Part shown: piece by piece, positions 49,225 to 62,189 of the stretch
Position numbering within the stretch: the first letter of the stretch is position 1
Layout: every line of letters begins with the position of its first letter
Source of the DNA: Octopus sinensis
Lineage: Eukaryota
Assembly (NCBI RefSeq): GCF_006345805.1
Contig: NC_043001.1
Coordinates: 27,590,001-27,654,000 of the forward strand
Reading direction: 5' to 3'
Length of the DNA: 64,000 bases
Translations under genes and position numbers: made by a program
Notes under the pieces: model-generated
Told to the model about the DNA's origin: nothing
Seen by the model: the letters and a program-made list of their open reading frames with translations, nothing else
The model's database searches: none

Positions 49225-49592
49225 GTCTACTTATAAGGGTTGCCATTAGACTGCTGCTATGCTGGGGCACTGCCTTGAACGGTTTAGATGAACAAATGGC
49301 TCCTGTATATATATATATATATATATATATATTTCTTTTTTAAAGTCTGGTACTTATTCTATCAGTCTCTTTTTACTGAAATGCTACAGGGATGTAAACA
49401 AACCAACACCAGTTGTCAGAACCCACTTGCACAGAAACACACATGATGTGATTTCAATTTCTGTGTATCAGATCCACTCACAAGGCTTTGATCAACCCTA
49501 GGCTATATACATTTGTCCAAGGTTACACAGTGTGACTGAGCCCAGTACCATGTGATTGGGAAGCAAACTTCTCACTACACAGCCATGCCTAC
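49225..49592 (-). mobile_element. SINE family B1, degenerate
   Basis: Homologous to 991-1412. Confidence 0.7.
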
Positions 49593-50863
49593 GCATTATA
49601 ATAAAGGTTGATTTTTTTTTTTTTTTTAATTTGCACTAAAACCTTTTGCTTCAAATCCAATTTTTACAATTAAGTTTCTGTCTTTTCTTCATTATAGCAG
49701 AGAATACTTTCATTGATAGATATGACACCAGTTACCTAAGTGTCTCTATATTGAAGGGTACTTTGTTCCTCAGGAACTAACTTCTTTTTTATTTTATTTT
49801 TTTTCATTAATCTGTCTCTCTTTCTGATAGTTAGGAATTTGGTGTGGCTTTCAATTCCACCTGCCTAGTGAGTAAACATTTACATGAGTAGCTTTTCTTG
49901 CATACCATCCACACTTTACATCACCTGTGATGTCTCTACCTTCCTGCTAACTAATATTTACCATTGGCTAATGCCTCCACCTATGTTCACCATTCACTGC
50001 ATTCATCTCTGTCTCCATGTCTATCCATCTGCTTTTCATCTCTCCTTTCACACTCTCACAAAATTACCTATCCATTCAACTTATCTAATCATCTGGACCA
50101 CTTAAGGATATGCCCTTCAGCTCTTCACTAGTATCTCTCTTTTCCAACTGGTGTAACCATATATCTCTTCTCTAGCAAGACTCCTGTTTGTGTCCCACTA
50201 TCATACTTTAACCTCTTATCACCTGGCATAAAGCCACCCACATCAATACTAAACTCCCTCACTTGAACGATTTTGTCTTACAAATTACTTGGTGACCTCA
50301 CTAGTGCTGGTGCTACATAAAAAGCACCCCCAACACTCTATGAAATGGTGATAGGAAGGGCATCCTTCCATAGAATCCATGCCAAACAGACAAAGTTTGG
50401 TGCATCTTCTGTCTTGTTGGCTCTCAGATCATCCTGTCCATGCCAGCATAGAAAGCAGACATCAAACAATGATGATGATGTACCTTTTTTACTCATTGGG
50501 TAACACAAGTGATAGCTCTGATGATGTATCACTTTTCGTTGTAGGCTCAGTGAAAATGAAACTATGTCATGACTAATATTGTTTCCTTTTTATCACATAT
50601 CTGAATATACATTGGCTTTTTGATACTTCATTAAAGATGCTTTCTTCTGTTTGGCTATTTAATTATGTAATAGATGGTATCGCCATGAAATTTTGTGCCT
50701 TTATTTTCTTACTTAATATCAGTGAATATACAATTTAGAATGTTTACTAAGCAGTTCACTCTCTAATATGACAAGCCTACGAATTTCACTTCAGTTGACA
50801 AACTTTCAATGAAAGATGAAACACATCCAAACTTGTCTCTCATATTTACCAATGATGGAAAAT

Positions 50864-51197
50864 TATTTTTGTATTTGGGGATGGTCATGTTGCCAGTTTA
50901 GCCAATAAAAACACACGCACTAAAAATTTGGTGTTCACTTGCTTCAGCTTTATTTTATATTACTCATATTTCAGCCAGAGTTCTTTTGTCACTTTAGTAA
51001 TATATTAGTAAGGCAGAGACACAAAAAGAAACAAGTGAGCAAAGGACCACTGATGAGGTCACAGAAGTGTGACAAAAGAACTCTGGCCAAAATACAATTA
51101 ATATAAAATAAAGCTGAAGCAAGGGAACACCAAATATATAGTGCGTACATTTTCATTGGCTAAACTGGCAACATGACCATTCCCAAATACAACAATA
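50864..51197. mobile_element. Inverted-repeat element with a hammerhead motif (Penelope-like pLTR remnant)
   Basis: Arms 50864-50992 and 51069-51197 are reverse complements. The hammerhead motif is at 51044-51088. Confidence 0.65.
51044..51088 (+). ncRNA. Minimal type I hammerhead motif with a G12-to-A change
   Basis: CCA-CTGATGA-G-GTCACA(GAAG)TGTGAC-AAAA-GAAC-TC-TGG. Confidence 0.55.
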
Positions 51198-52779
51198 TCT
51201 GTTTCAACACATGAATTCACATCAAGAATCTTGAAAAATGAATATATAAGCATAATGGGAAATTATTTATTAGTCAACTAATATTGATATGTTACTGCAT
51301 ATCTAAATATAAATATGGTTTCACCTGCATAGCAGTACCATTATCAGGTGGAAAAATCTAATGAATGCATAACAATAATTTGTCTCAACCTAGGTGTAGA
51401 GTTAGAATACTATTTCAGTATAATTTCTTATGCTTTTCTTGTGTTTTATAATCTTTTAATTAGAAGCTTTCTTTACTTAGCTCACATTTTGCTTTCAATA
51501 TAACACTTTCTCTCAATTCTCTGGTTCCATATCATCGAATCACTTCTTACCAATTTCAAATGTTTATCTTTCCTCAAATATTATTTCTGTAATTTGAACA
51601 TCTTTCTGAAGACATCTGGCTCAGGTGCAGCTGTATGATTAAGAAGCTTGCTTCCCAACTATGTGGTCTTGGGTTCAGTCTCACTGCATGGCATCTTGGG
51701 CAAGTGTCTTCTGTTGTAACCCTAGGCTGACCAAAATTTTAAGAGTGGATTTCATTGACTGAAACTGAAAGAAGCCCATTGTTTATGTAACTATATGTGT
51801 ATGCATCTGTGTGTACATTTGTTTTGACATCATGTGATACTTGCAAATGAGCATCACCATCATACAAGCAATGTTGTTTGTTTGTTGCATTCCATAGTGA
51901 AAAATTACCTTGCTTAGAGACAAGTGAGGGTTGGCAACTGGAAGGTTCCTCTGGCTATAGGAAATAAGTTGTTGTTAAGACAAAACCTAAGATCATCAAT
52001 TGTAGACAAAATAGTGATAATCAAGTGTATACGTTTGATTCCCAGTTGAACTATTTTAATTTACTTGTGTTTTGTAGCTTTGCAAACATAGCCAAATAAC
52101 CTGTAGAGAGAAAGATAGGATCTCATAAACTGAATTATAAATGCAAACCCATTTTAGATCAGGACACTGTCATTTCATTCTATGATTACACTATTTTTGT
52201 ATGCAAGCAAAAGTTATATTTATCGAGAGAGACAATGTGTTGTGATGGGCATGCTTTCAGATATTAATGTACATGAAATGAAATCTCTAAAATTCAGTTT
52301 TAGACTTTATTTTACACCATGTCTCAGTTCTTCAATCAGAACATTTCAGTTATTGCTAAATGTAACTCCTGGGAAGCTGAGATGGTGAATGCTGTTTCAA
52401 TTCTCAATTGAAGTTCATTTATTTTATTTATATCACTAATCTCCTTGTGAAAGGCATGGCTATCACAAGTCATCAATTTTCCAACTCTAAAACATAATGA
52501 TTTTGTGCCTAGTTGAAAAGAAGTGGATATATTTATGTATATCATGTTTTAGCTTAAGCCCATCACTTCCTATGGAGGATGGGCTATCAATGACCTTTCT
52601 CCCCTAAATCTGAGCTGTCTCAGAAGGGAAAATCAACTTTGCAGCTTCCTTTCAGATTTTGCTGCCCTACGTAAGGCCTTCTTCTCTCAAGTCTTGTTGG
52701 TTCTGAATTGTCATTGATGCTTCTGTAACTTTGCATTTTTAGGTAGGGATGCTGGCCTTACACAAACAAATTTTTACCT

Positions 52780-53040
52780 TTGGGAAGAGGTAGTCCATTC
52801 TTTGACCTATCCAGCATGGTCCTCATGTCATTGGACATTGGCAAACTTCTTTTCTGCTTCACCCTTGGCTATGTATACCTGCCACCCAGCCTCCCTTTTG
52901 GCTACTTGGTACAGTTCCCTGCTACCCCCATCTCTCCAGACTTTCCAGGCCTGTTTCTTTGCTCTGATGGCTTTGTCTACTGTACTATTCCACCACCAAG
53001 TAACTCTTGGTCTGTGGCACTCAGCAAGCTGTCCTGTAGG
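52780..53040 (-). mobile_element. RTE LINE internal fragment
   Basis: WWWNSTVDKAIRAKKQAWK; homologous to 38330-38480. Confidence 0.8.
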
Positions 53041-53279
53041 AATTTCCATTATCATCATTTTAACATTCATTTTTCCATGCTTGTGTGCATCAGGCAGATT
53101 TCTATAACCAGATGTCCCTTCCTATTGCCAACCCTAAACTGTTTCCAAGTAAGGTAATATTATGGCCAGATATGTTTTCACAGAAGATTGGAAGCAAAGG
53201 ACACTGCTTGTATGATGAGGGCACTCATTTACAACTGTCAAAGCAAAAAGATAATTAGACACACACACATATACATCTG

Positions 53280-53515
53280 CATTTTGGGGCTCCTTGATAT
53301 CACTTGCTGTTCACAAGCCCCCTGTGGATGATCCTTAGGAGTCTTAAAGGGGCCAGTTGGATGACATATCGTGACCACAAGAGGTGATGTTTGAGGATGA
53401 CAGCTTCAATGCTTGGCATTTCTGAATGATTGAGGACTTCGTTGTTGGTGCATTCATCCTGCTGTTTCATGTTGAGGATCTGTGAAAGCTTGGCTTATTG
53501 GAAACTCTCGAGCTT
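53280..53515 (-). mobile_element. RTE LINE RT C-terminal fragment
   Basis: The minus strand reads ILNMK..TNNEVL..EMPSIE. Confidence 0.55.
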
Positions 53516-53839
53516 TTACAGGTCTTTTTGATCCTCCTAGCTGGATCAACCCTAACACCTAGGGAACAGATCCCGCTGATCATCCATCCTGGTGAAGAGC
53601 AATTCATTTCAGTTGTTCCATTTCAAGAAGAGGTGAAAGACTGAAGAAGTAAAAGGAAGGCAATTCCAGCCAAGACCACCACCTGCCCTGTGATTCAAAC
53701 AATGCTCAAGACTGTTCTATTCCTGATTTGGCCTTCTATATCAGGTTTAAGCATCATGGAGGCATGAGATGAACCAAATTTGGACGCAAGTGTGCTGGTG
53801 ACAACAACACACACACACACATATATATAAATATATATA

Positions 53840-54140
53840 TATAAAAGCACCATCCGAACGTGACTGATGCCAGCACCATCTTGACTGGCTTCTGTGCTGG
53901 TGGCACATAAAAAGCACCAACCGATCGTGTCCGCAGCCAGCCTCCCCTGGCACCTGTACCGGTGATACGTAACAAGCACCCATTACACTCATGGAGTGGT
54001 TGGCGTTAGGAAGGGCATCCAGCTGTAGAAACGCTACCAGATCAGACTGGAGCCTGGTGCAGCCTCCTGGCTTCCCAGACCCCAGTCAAACCGTCCAACC
54101 TGTGCTAGCATGGAAAATGGACGTCAAACGATGATGATAT
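53840..54140 (+). repeat. RTE 3' UTR repeat (beta variant)
   Basis: Same motif set as 26140-26382. Confidence 0.85.
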
Positions 54141-54628
54141 ATATTTAGGACAGGCTTGGTAGTCCTCAGTGAAACTATCCAATCGATGGAAAGTGGACAT
54201 TAAACGATGATGATGATGATATATTCACATAGAGGCTTCTTTCAGTTTCTCTCTACCAAATCCACTTGCAAGCTTTCTGCTGACTTGAGCTATACAAGAT
54301 GCTTGCCAAGGAGCTATAAAGTGAAACTGAACATGGAACCATATGGTTGTGAAGCAAACATCTTAACCATACAGCCATGCCTGCACCTACTCTGCTGGTG
54401 TTAGGATGAAATCAATTGTATAAAAATATGACTACATTTGTTAATGGTTATATGATGATAGAAATCAAATTATTAACATTAGATAGCATCAATATTGATT
54501 AAAATATTTTGTAGAAACCTATCTACTAGCTAAATGAGTTCACTTTGGTCTGATATTGATGAAAAGTAGGTTGAAATAGGAGTGTAAGTCTGGAAGATCA
54601 TGGCCCGGATGTGAATGAGAATGCAACC

Positions 54629-54985
54629 TTTTTTTTTTCATCTTGTTTCAATCAGACTGGAGCATTGTCTTGAAGAAATTTTATTTGAATGAATTGACTC
54701 TAGTACTTAAGTTTGGTATCCTATCGGCCTCTTTTGACAAACTGCTAAGTTATGGGGACATAAACACACCAACACTGGTTTTCAAGTGGTGGTGGAGGAC
54801 AAACACATACACACACACATGTACACACAATGAGCCTCTTCCAGAGTTTGTCTACTGAATCCACTCACAAGGCTTTGGTCTGCCCTAAGCTGTAGTAGAA
54901 GACACTTGCTGAAGGCGCCATGCAATGGGACTGAACCTAGAATCATGTGGTTAGAAAGCAAGCTTTTTACCACACAGCCATGCTC
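54629..54985 (-). mobile_element. SINE family B1
   Basis: Homologous to 991-1412. Confidence 0.8.
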
Positions 54986-55171
54986 ACTGCTCCCTCTGCC
55001 TACAACTGAACTATCTAACCATTGTATTTATTTATTATTAGATGGGCTGATCCAGTGAGAGTTACTGACTCAGTTTATATTTCATCACCTAAACTCCTAT
55101 CAACCTCTTACCAGTCATTTAATTTCATGTGAACTCTGCCTACTGGGATTTCACATAATGCTATTTTTCAG

Positions 55172-55412
55172 ACAATTCAGAAGTTGTTGACACCACCCAA
55201 TACATATATGCTTTGGGTGAGTTTCTCTCTATTTTGTTAAATCCTAATTTTTTTGGTTGTGGTGGTATTTCTCTTGTAATTTCAGCTCGTGTAATTTACA
55301 CTCAATTTTCTCTTCCAGCTTTTTAATTCTACTTAAGTAAAATTGACAAGAAGAAACTGGCTCAATGCTCAGAGAAAATAAAACTTTATCGAGATCTGGA
55401 ACTAGATAAAAC
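55172..55412 (+). other. Orphan spliced segment: 45-nt exon (55172-55216), 69-nt intron, then an exon from 55286
   Basis: tttttcag|...GG|gtgagt, then cctaat..tttcag|. The spliced frame reads NSEVVDTTQYIYAL-ARVIYTQFSLPAF*FYLSKIDKKKLAQCSEKIKLYRDLELDKTIRMKL*. No recognised homologue. Confidence 0.3.
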
Positions 55413-55591
55413 AATTCGAATGAAACTTTGATATAACCTACAAATGAGAGAAATTATTTTCATCGTTGCCGTTGTTGTCATTTTCAGTGTTTTGAGTCTT
55501 TCTCCATACTAGCATGAGTTGGATGCATTTCACATCATCTTGCCACATGCTGTAGCCTTGCATGAGAAAAACTGGCCAACTCTGATGTATA

Positions 55592-56195
55592 CCATAAAAA
55601 CCCATGTAATTTATACACTTTTTTCGCAAAAATAAAAATAAACTTTAGTGGGTGCATAAACTTTATGAGAAGATCATTTCCAGAATTTTTTTTTTTGTTC
55701 AAAAAAGACATACAAAACAAACATTTGTACTGGAAGTTGACTCATTTAATATCAGAATAGGTTTTCACAGAAAAAAATAATGGCTTAAATATAATGAAGT
55801 TGACTTTTATGTACGCTGGACAGTATAATGCTTACTTTTTCTCTATAAATTTACTAAAACCGTTAAATAGTTAACTACTTTTTGAAGTTTGACGTCCATG
55901 CTGGTAAACACGGTTTGGGCCATATTTTACATTGCTTGGAATTTCTACCTATCACAATGGAGCACTATTGATATACATAGTGATATACTCTTTACTCTTT
56001 TACTTGTTTCAGTCGTTCGACTGCAGCCATGCTGGAGCACCGCCTTTAGTCGAGCAAATCGACCCTGGGACTTATTCTTTGTAAGCCCAGTACTTATTCT
56101 ATCGGTCTCTTTTGCCGAACCGCTAAATGACGGGGATGTAAACACACCAGCATCAGTTGTCAAGCAATGCTAGGGGGACAAACACAGACACACAA

Positions 56196-56226
<31 letters not shown>

Positions 56227-57330
56227 CATATATACGACAGGCTTCTTTCAGTTTCCGTCTACCAAATCCACTCACAAGGCATTGGTCGGCCCGAGGCTAT
56301 AGCAGAAGACACTTGCCCAAGATGCCACGCAGTGGGACTGAACCCGGAACCATGTGGTTGGTTAGCAAGCTACTTACCACACAGCCACTCCTGCGCCTAT
56401 GAATATTCTTGACTGAAAAAAATGTAATGATACAGATAATCTTGATTGTATGTTTTTATTTTTGTCTGTTTTATTATCAGGCACAGTTTTAAGTTTGTCG
56501 TACTGTTTATGCCAATTTCTAACATTGGATTCATTAACATAAAAATGCCTTCCAGCAGCTCTAATGTCATGTTCAAATGCATATTCAACATATTTAATTT
56601 TTCCTTCGCAGTAAACGATTCATAAGTTCTGCCCATACTGACAATAACGGTAATGACAAATTTTTAAGTTTGCTTGATATTTTATAAGTGTGAAAGAGAT
56701 CAAAATTTTGATACTCCATATCAAAGGTTCCAACAAGAATAGGCAGAAAGGAATTCTGTTTACATAATCAGTTTGATCGGTCACCTTTCTCTGTCAGTTG
56801 AGTAAAGTATCGTCCAAGCTGATGCTTATTGGTAATTAAACTTAATTTGCAACACCTGTGCCTATTTATTAGCTTCGTTTTTGTTAGTAATTCTTAACAA
56901 CTTTTCTTGTGATTGTGATTTGAGAAGACATACAGTGGTATGCTAAAGATCAGACATAATTCTCTTATGGGCAAGAAATGTAAAAGGAAGTTTATTATAA
57001 ACAACACAAACATTTTGTAATTTCAACATGATATCTGTTAAAAAGAAATTATTTTTATTTATTGAAAATTTAATAAAATCTAATCATAAGTTGTGGTGCA
57101 CCTGAGCACTGTATACAATAATTTCATCATAATTTTATAATTTTTTTAATAAGTAAGTGAAATTATGCTAAATACAACTAAATTGAAAACCTTTTTTCCC
57201 TGGCTATATTGGCAATTCTGAAAGCTTTTGAGCATGAATTTTACATGAGCAGAAGCTTTTTTAATAAGTTTTATCCAGAAAATCACCTGTGTAAATTACA
57301 CAAGTGTGCAAAGTACATGGGTTTTAACAA
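55592..57330 (-). mobile_element. Degenerate pogo-like (POGK/BrkDBD-type) non-autonomous transposon, interrupted by a SINE
   Basis: With one frameshift, 56636 downward reads MGRTYESFTAKEKL/YVEYAFEHDIRAAGRHFYVNESNVRNWHKQ. Imperfect TIRs lie at 55592-55618 and 57304-57330. Confidence 0.6.
55987..56398 (-). mobile_element. SINE family B1, young, nested in the pogo-like element
   Basis: Full head to tail, with CpGs retained. Confidence 0.88.
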
Positions 57331-58206
57331 CATATCATTATTTTTGGCACAGCTTTTATAATTGGATACCTTTCTTACCACTAATCCCTTTACTGTACAG
57401 ACTGGATACATTTTGCTGTCACAAACACCACAGTTGTTCTGAAAAGTTTAAAAAGCTTCTTTTACCTCATGTTGTCTCCATTTATATTTTCCTTAAACCA
57501 CTTTACAGTATGGACTACATGCATTTTATCATACCACCAGCATTTCCTTGGTTGTCCAAGAATAAAATGTCCTTTCCTTCCTTTCTAACATTTTTGTTGT
57601 TTTCACAACTGGATGCTTTGCCACATAACTGATTTTAGTAGAGCTTAGATCACCAAGATCAAGTTAATGTATGTATGTGTGCATATGCATATCATCATCA
57701 TTGTCAGCATCATTTAATGTCTCCTCACTATGGAGGAAAGAGTCAGATGGTTTAGCAGGATCCAATGAGTCAACTGACTACATCAAGCTCCATTGTCTGT
57801 TTTGGCATGGTTTCCATGGCTGGATGCCTTTTTTTAACACCAACCATTTTACAGGGGCATTTTTGTGGCACCAACATGGGTGAAATCACCTTGCATTTTG
57901 CAAGTACTAAAGTAGTCCCTATAATTGAAAGAAAATAGAAGGAAAGAGTGTGATGATTTTATGCAAGGTGGAGATAGAAAGATATTTAGGGTTGTGGGAG
58001 GATGATTGTGGAAAGAGTAGGAGTGGAGACAGTACTGGGGTGGTGATGTGGGTTGTGTGAGGGTTGTGAAACATGGGAAAGAGAAAATAGTTGTTCATTT
58101 TAGATTTGTTTTCCCATGTTTACATATGTTGGGCAAATATTTTACTTGACACATTGTTTTTCAACCAGATACCTTTCCTGGCACTAACCCTTTCTTGTTC
58201 TTGTGA

Positions 58207-60470
58207 TAGGCACAGACGTGGTCATGTGGTAAGAAATTTGCTTCCCAAACACATGGTTCCAGGTTCAGTCTCACTGCATGGCACTTTGGGAAAGTGTCTT
58301 CTATAGCCTCAGGCCAACCAAACACTTGTCTGTCGATTTGGTAGATGGAAACTGAAAGAAATTGATTGTATATTATATACATGTGTGTGTTTGCCCCCCA
58401 CCACTGCTTGACAATAGGTGCTGGTGTGTTGACATCCCCTGTAACTTAACAGTTCAACAAAAGAGACCAATTGAATAAGGTCGAGACTTATAAAAATTAT
58501 TGATTCTTTTGACTAAAATTCTTCAACATAGTTCTCAATCATGACCACTGTCTAATGACTAAAATGGCTTTTAAGGCTCAAAGTGGCAAATTTGTTGACT
58601 GGCAAAAGTGACAACACCACCTCCTACTGCACTTTTGTATATGTGATATCAGATTTAAACATACACATATATATTTATTTATGGCTGCCTTCTTTCTGTT
58701 TCTGTCTGTCAGCTCCATTCACAAGGCTTTGGTCAGCCTGGAGCTATAGTAGAAGACACCCAAAGTACCACACTGTGGGATTGAACCCAAAAGCATGTGC
58801 TTGGGAAATCAACTTCTCAACATATCAAAGCAAGTGTGTATATGAAATAAATAAATATGTATATATATATATATATGTTTATATATCTCTGTGTTTGTCC
58901 CCCCATCACCTCTTGACAACCGGTGTTGGTGTGTTTGCATCCCTGTAACTTAGCAGTTCAGCTAAAGAGACTGATAGAATAAGTACTAAGCTTAAAAGAA
59001 TAAGTACTGGGATTGATTTTTTTCAACTAAAATTCTTCAAGGTGGTGCTCCAGCATGGCCACAGTCAAATGATTGAAACAAGTAAAAGAATAGAAGAATA
59101 TATATCATCATTATGATCATCATCATCATCATCATTTAAATAATAAAATAATAATAATGAAATTATTGTATACAGTGCTCAGGTGACTTTTCCACACTTC
59201 CACGGGTCAGACAGAATTAGTTGAGGCAGATTTTTTACAGCTGGATGCCCTTATGAACAAACAACATTGCTTATATGACAGTAATGCTTGTTTATAACCA
59301 TCACATGATGTCAAGACAAGGCTACTCACAAAAACACACCCACACACACATATGTAATGTAGTGGTTCAGCAGAAGAGACTGATAAAATAAGTACCCAGT
59401 TTAAGAATGCAAATCTTAAGTACTTGGGTCAATTCTTTTGACTAAAATTCTTCAAGATGGTACCTCAGCATGAAACAAGTAAAAAAAAGTAATACATAGG
59501 TGTAGGAGTGGCTGTGTGGTAAGTAGCTTGCTTACCAACCACATGGTTCCAGGTTCAGTCCCACTGCGTGGCACCTTGGGCAAGTGTCTTCTACTATAGC
59601 CTCAGGCCAACCAAAGCCTTCTGAGTGGATTTTGTTGATGAAAACTAAAAGAAGCCTGTCGTATATATGTATATATATGTGTGTGTGTGTGTTTATCGCT
59701 TGACAACCGATGCTGGTGTGTTTACGTCCCCGTAACTTAGCGGTTCGGCAAAAGAGAACAATAGAATAAGTACTAGGCTTACAAAGAATAAGTCTTGGGG
59801 TCGATTTGCTGAAACAAGTAAAAGAGTAAAGAGAATATGAAGATTTGCTTATATAGAACTAGCAGAGATACCCAGTATTGCTCGGGATTAAGATGGCATA
59901 GTTTTTTATTGCTTTACTTGTTTCAGTCATGTAACTAAAGCACTGCCTTTAGTCGAACAAATCAATCCCAGGACTTATTCTTTGTAAGCCTAGTACTTAT
60001 TCTATCAGTCTCTTTTGCCAAACCGCTAAGTTATGGGGACACAAGCACACCAACATTAGTTGTCAAGCGATGGTGAGGGAACAAACACAGACACAAAGAC
60101 ATACACATATAAATACATACATATATATATATATATATGATGAATTTCTTTCAGTTTCCGTCTACAAAATCCATTTACAAGGCTTTGGTCGACTCAAGGC
60201 TATAGTAGAAGACACTTGCCCAAGGTGCCATGCAGTGCGACTGAACCCGGAACCATGTGGTTGGGAAGCAAGCAAACGTCTTACAACACAGCCACGCCTG
60301 TATACATACATATATGACTAGCTTCTTTCAGTTTCCATCTGTCAATCTACTCACAAGGTGTTGGTTGGCCCAAGGCTATAGTAAGAGACATGCTTATCCA
60401 TGGGACTGTGCAACAACACTGAACCCATGACCACATACTTGGAAAGCAAGCTTCTTCAACACAGCCACAC
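58207..60470. mobile_element. Cluster of SINE B1 copies in both orientations (+ 58207-58565, 58880-59100, 59497-59833; - 58690-58820, 59912-60300, 60320-60470)
   Basis: Repeated B1 head, core and tail motifs. Confidence 0.8.
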
Positions 60471-60526
60471 AAGTGATGATGATGATATATATATATATAT
60501 ATATATATGTTTGTATACATATATAT

Positions 60527-60735
60527 ATTTAAAACTGAACTGGATCTCTTCTTGTCAGGGGTTCCAGATGAACCTACCTCTTGGCAGGAAACACAGAAGC
60601 GGGCAGCAGCGTCGAACTCCCTTGTTGACCAAGTGCCACATATCAGAGGTGGTTTCACATACGTGTGTAGCACATTCAAACATTCAATGGTGGTGCCCCA
60701 GCATGGCCGCAGCTTTCAGGCTGAAACATTTTTAA
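60527..60735 (+). mobile_element. CR1/Jockey-superclade LINE 3' end with tail
   Basis: FKTELDLFLSGVPDEPT..RAAASNSLVDQ, then tail GGTGGTGCCCCAGCATGGCCGCAG..GCTGAAAC. Confidence 0.75.
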
Positions 60736-60744
60736 GGATATATA

Positions 60745-60950
60745 TGTATATACATATATGCATGTATATTTATGTATATATACGTGTGTGTGTGTATATA
60801 TATATATATATATGTGTGTATGTATATACACGTGTCTATGTGTAAAATATATGTATAAACTATATGTATGTATGTATATATATATATATATATATATATA
60901 CGTGTCTGTGCATGTGTGTAAAATGTATGAATAAACTATATGTATGTATA
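60745..60950. repeat. Compound (TA)/(TG) microsatellite
   Basis: Seen directly. Confidence 0.9.
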
Positions 60951-61679
60951 CAAAAACATGTAGGCATATTAGATATAGTTTCTACTATATTTGATTTAAC
61001 CAATACCAATATTCCTTTAATGGACCAAGGGATGGGGAAATGATTGAAAGAGGGGAATATCAGACCGAATATTTGTTCCTAATTCGGTACCTAGCTATTC
61101 ACTGAGTTTGAATCCACTTAAGTTCAATGTTGCCTTTATCCTTTCTTCCAAAGTCGATAAAATAAACACAAGATTCAATCAATTGCACTTCACATATACA
61201 TAAATTGGCTCAATGCATAATCTAAAGAAATCAATAGTTTTTCAAGTGCTATAGGAATGCCATAACTGCCAACAAATTGATAATGGGTTAAAATTTTGGC
61301 ACAAGGCCAGCAATTTCTGGGGAGGGATAAGTCAACTACATCAACCCCACTATCCAACTGGTACTTATTTTATTGACCCCGAAAGGATGAAGGGCAAAGT
61401 CAACCACGACGGAATTTGAACTTAGAGCGTAATGACAGATGAAATTCTGCTAAATATTTTTCCCAGCATACTAACGAATCTGCTAATTTGCTGCTTTTGC
61501 CAACAACCTAATATTCCTTTCAGTTATAGGCACAAGGCTTGAAATTTGGAGTGGAAGGTAGTCAATTACATAGACCCCAGTACTCAACTGGTACTTAATT
61601 TATCAACCCTGCAATAGCCTAATAACAACAAATAACGAGCCAAGGAACATGTTGAGTGGGAAAGACCAATCCACCACAG

Positions 61680-61950
61680 CAGAGTTGATGTTGCTGCTGG
61701 TGCCATGTGAAAAACACTGATGTTGGTGCCACATTAAAAACACTTGCTGGTTCTACATAAAAAAGCACTCATGCTGGTGCCACATAAAAAGCATCCAGTT
61801 GGCATTAGGAAGGGCATCCAGCTGTAGAAACCATACTAGAACAGACCATTGGAGTTTGATGCAGCCCCCAGCCTTTTCAGCTTCTGTCAAACCATCTGAC
61901 CCATGCCTGCATAGAAAAGATACATTAAATGATGATGGTGATGATAATGA
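61680..61950 (+). repeat. Old RTE 3' UTR repeat with four GCTGGTGCCAC..AAAAAGCAC units
   Basis: Degenerate copies of the same module. A further degenerate copy lies at 50300-50480. Confidence 0.7.
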
Positions 61951-62189
61951 ACTGACCCCAATATATTACTGGTTCTTATCCACTGTAGAGGGATTAAAAG
62001 CAGTGTCAGCTATGTTAGTGTTTCATTCAGGCTATAAAAGGAAATGACTAAATTCTGCAAGGATTTATTCCAGTTCTGCTACTCCACCAATAATTATATA
62101 CTTTTTTGCCTTTTTATTTCTAGAGAAAAGGAAAAAGTATAAAACTGTTATAAGTCAAAACGGATTTGACACTTGGATGAACATCTGTT

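Noticed and set aside
59055-59090. SINE B1 tail stem-loop followed by GAAAC-AA-GTA looks like half a hammerhead
   Set aside because: The preceding sequence is CATGGCC(G/A), not CUGANGA. It is better explained as a LINE-type 3' stem-loop.
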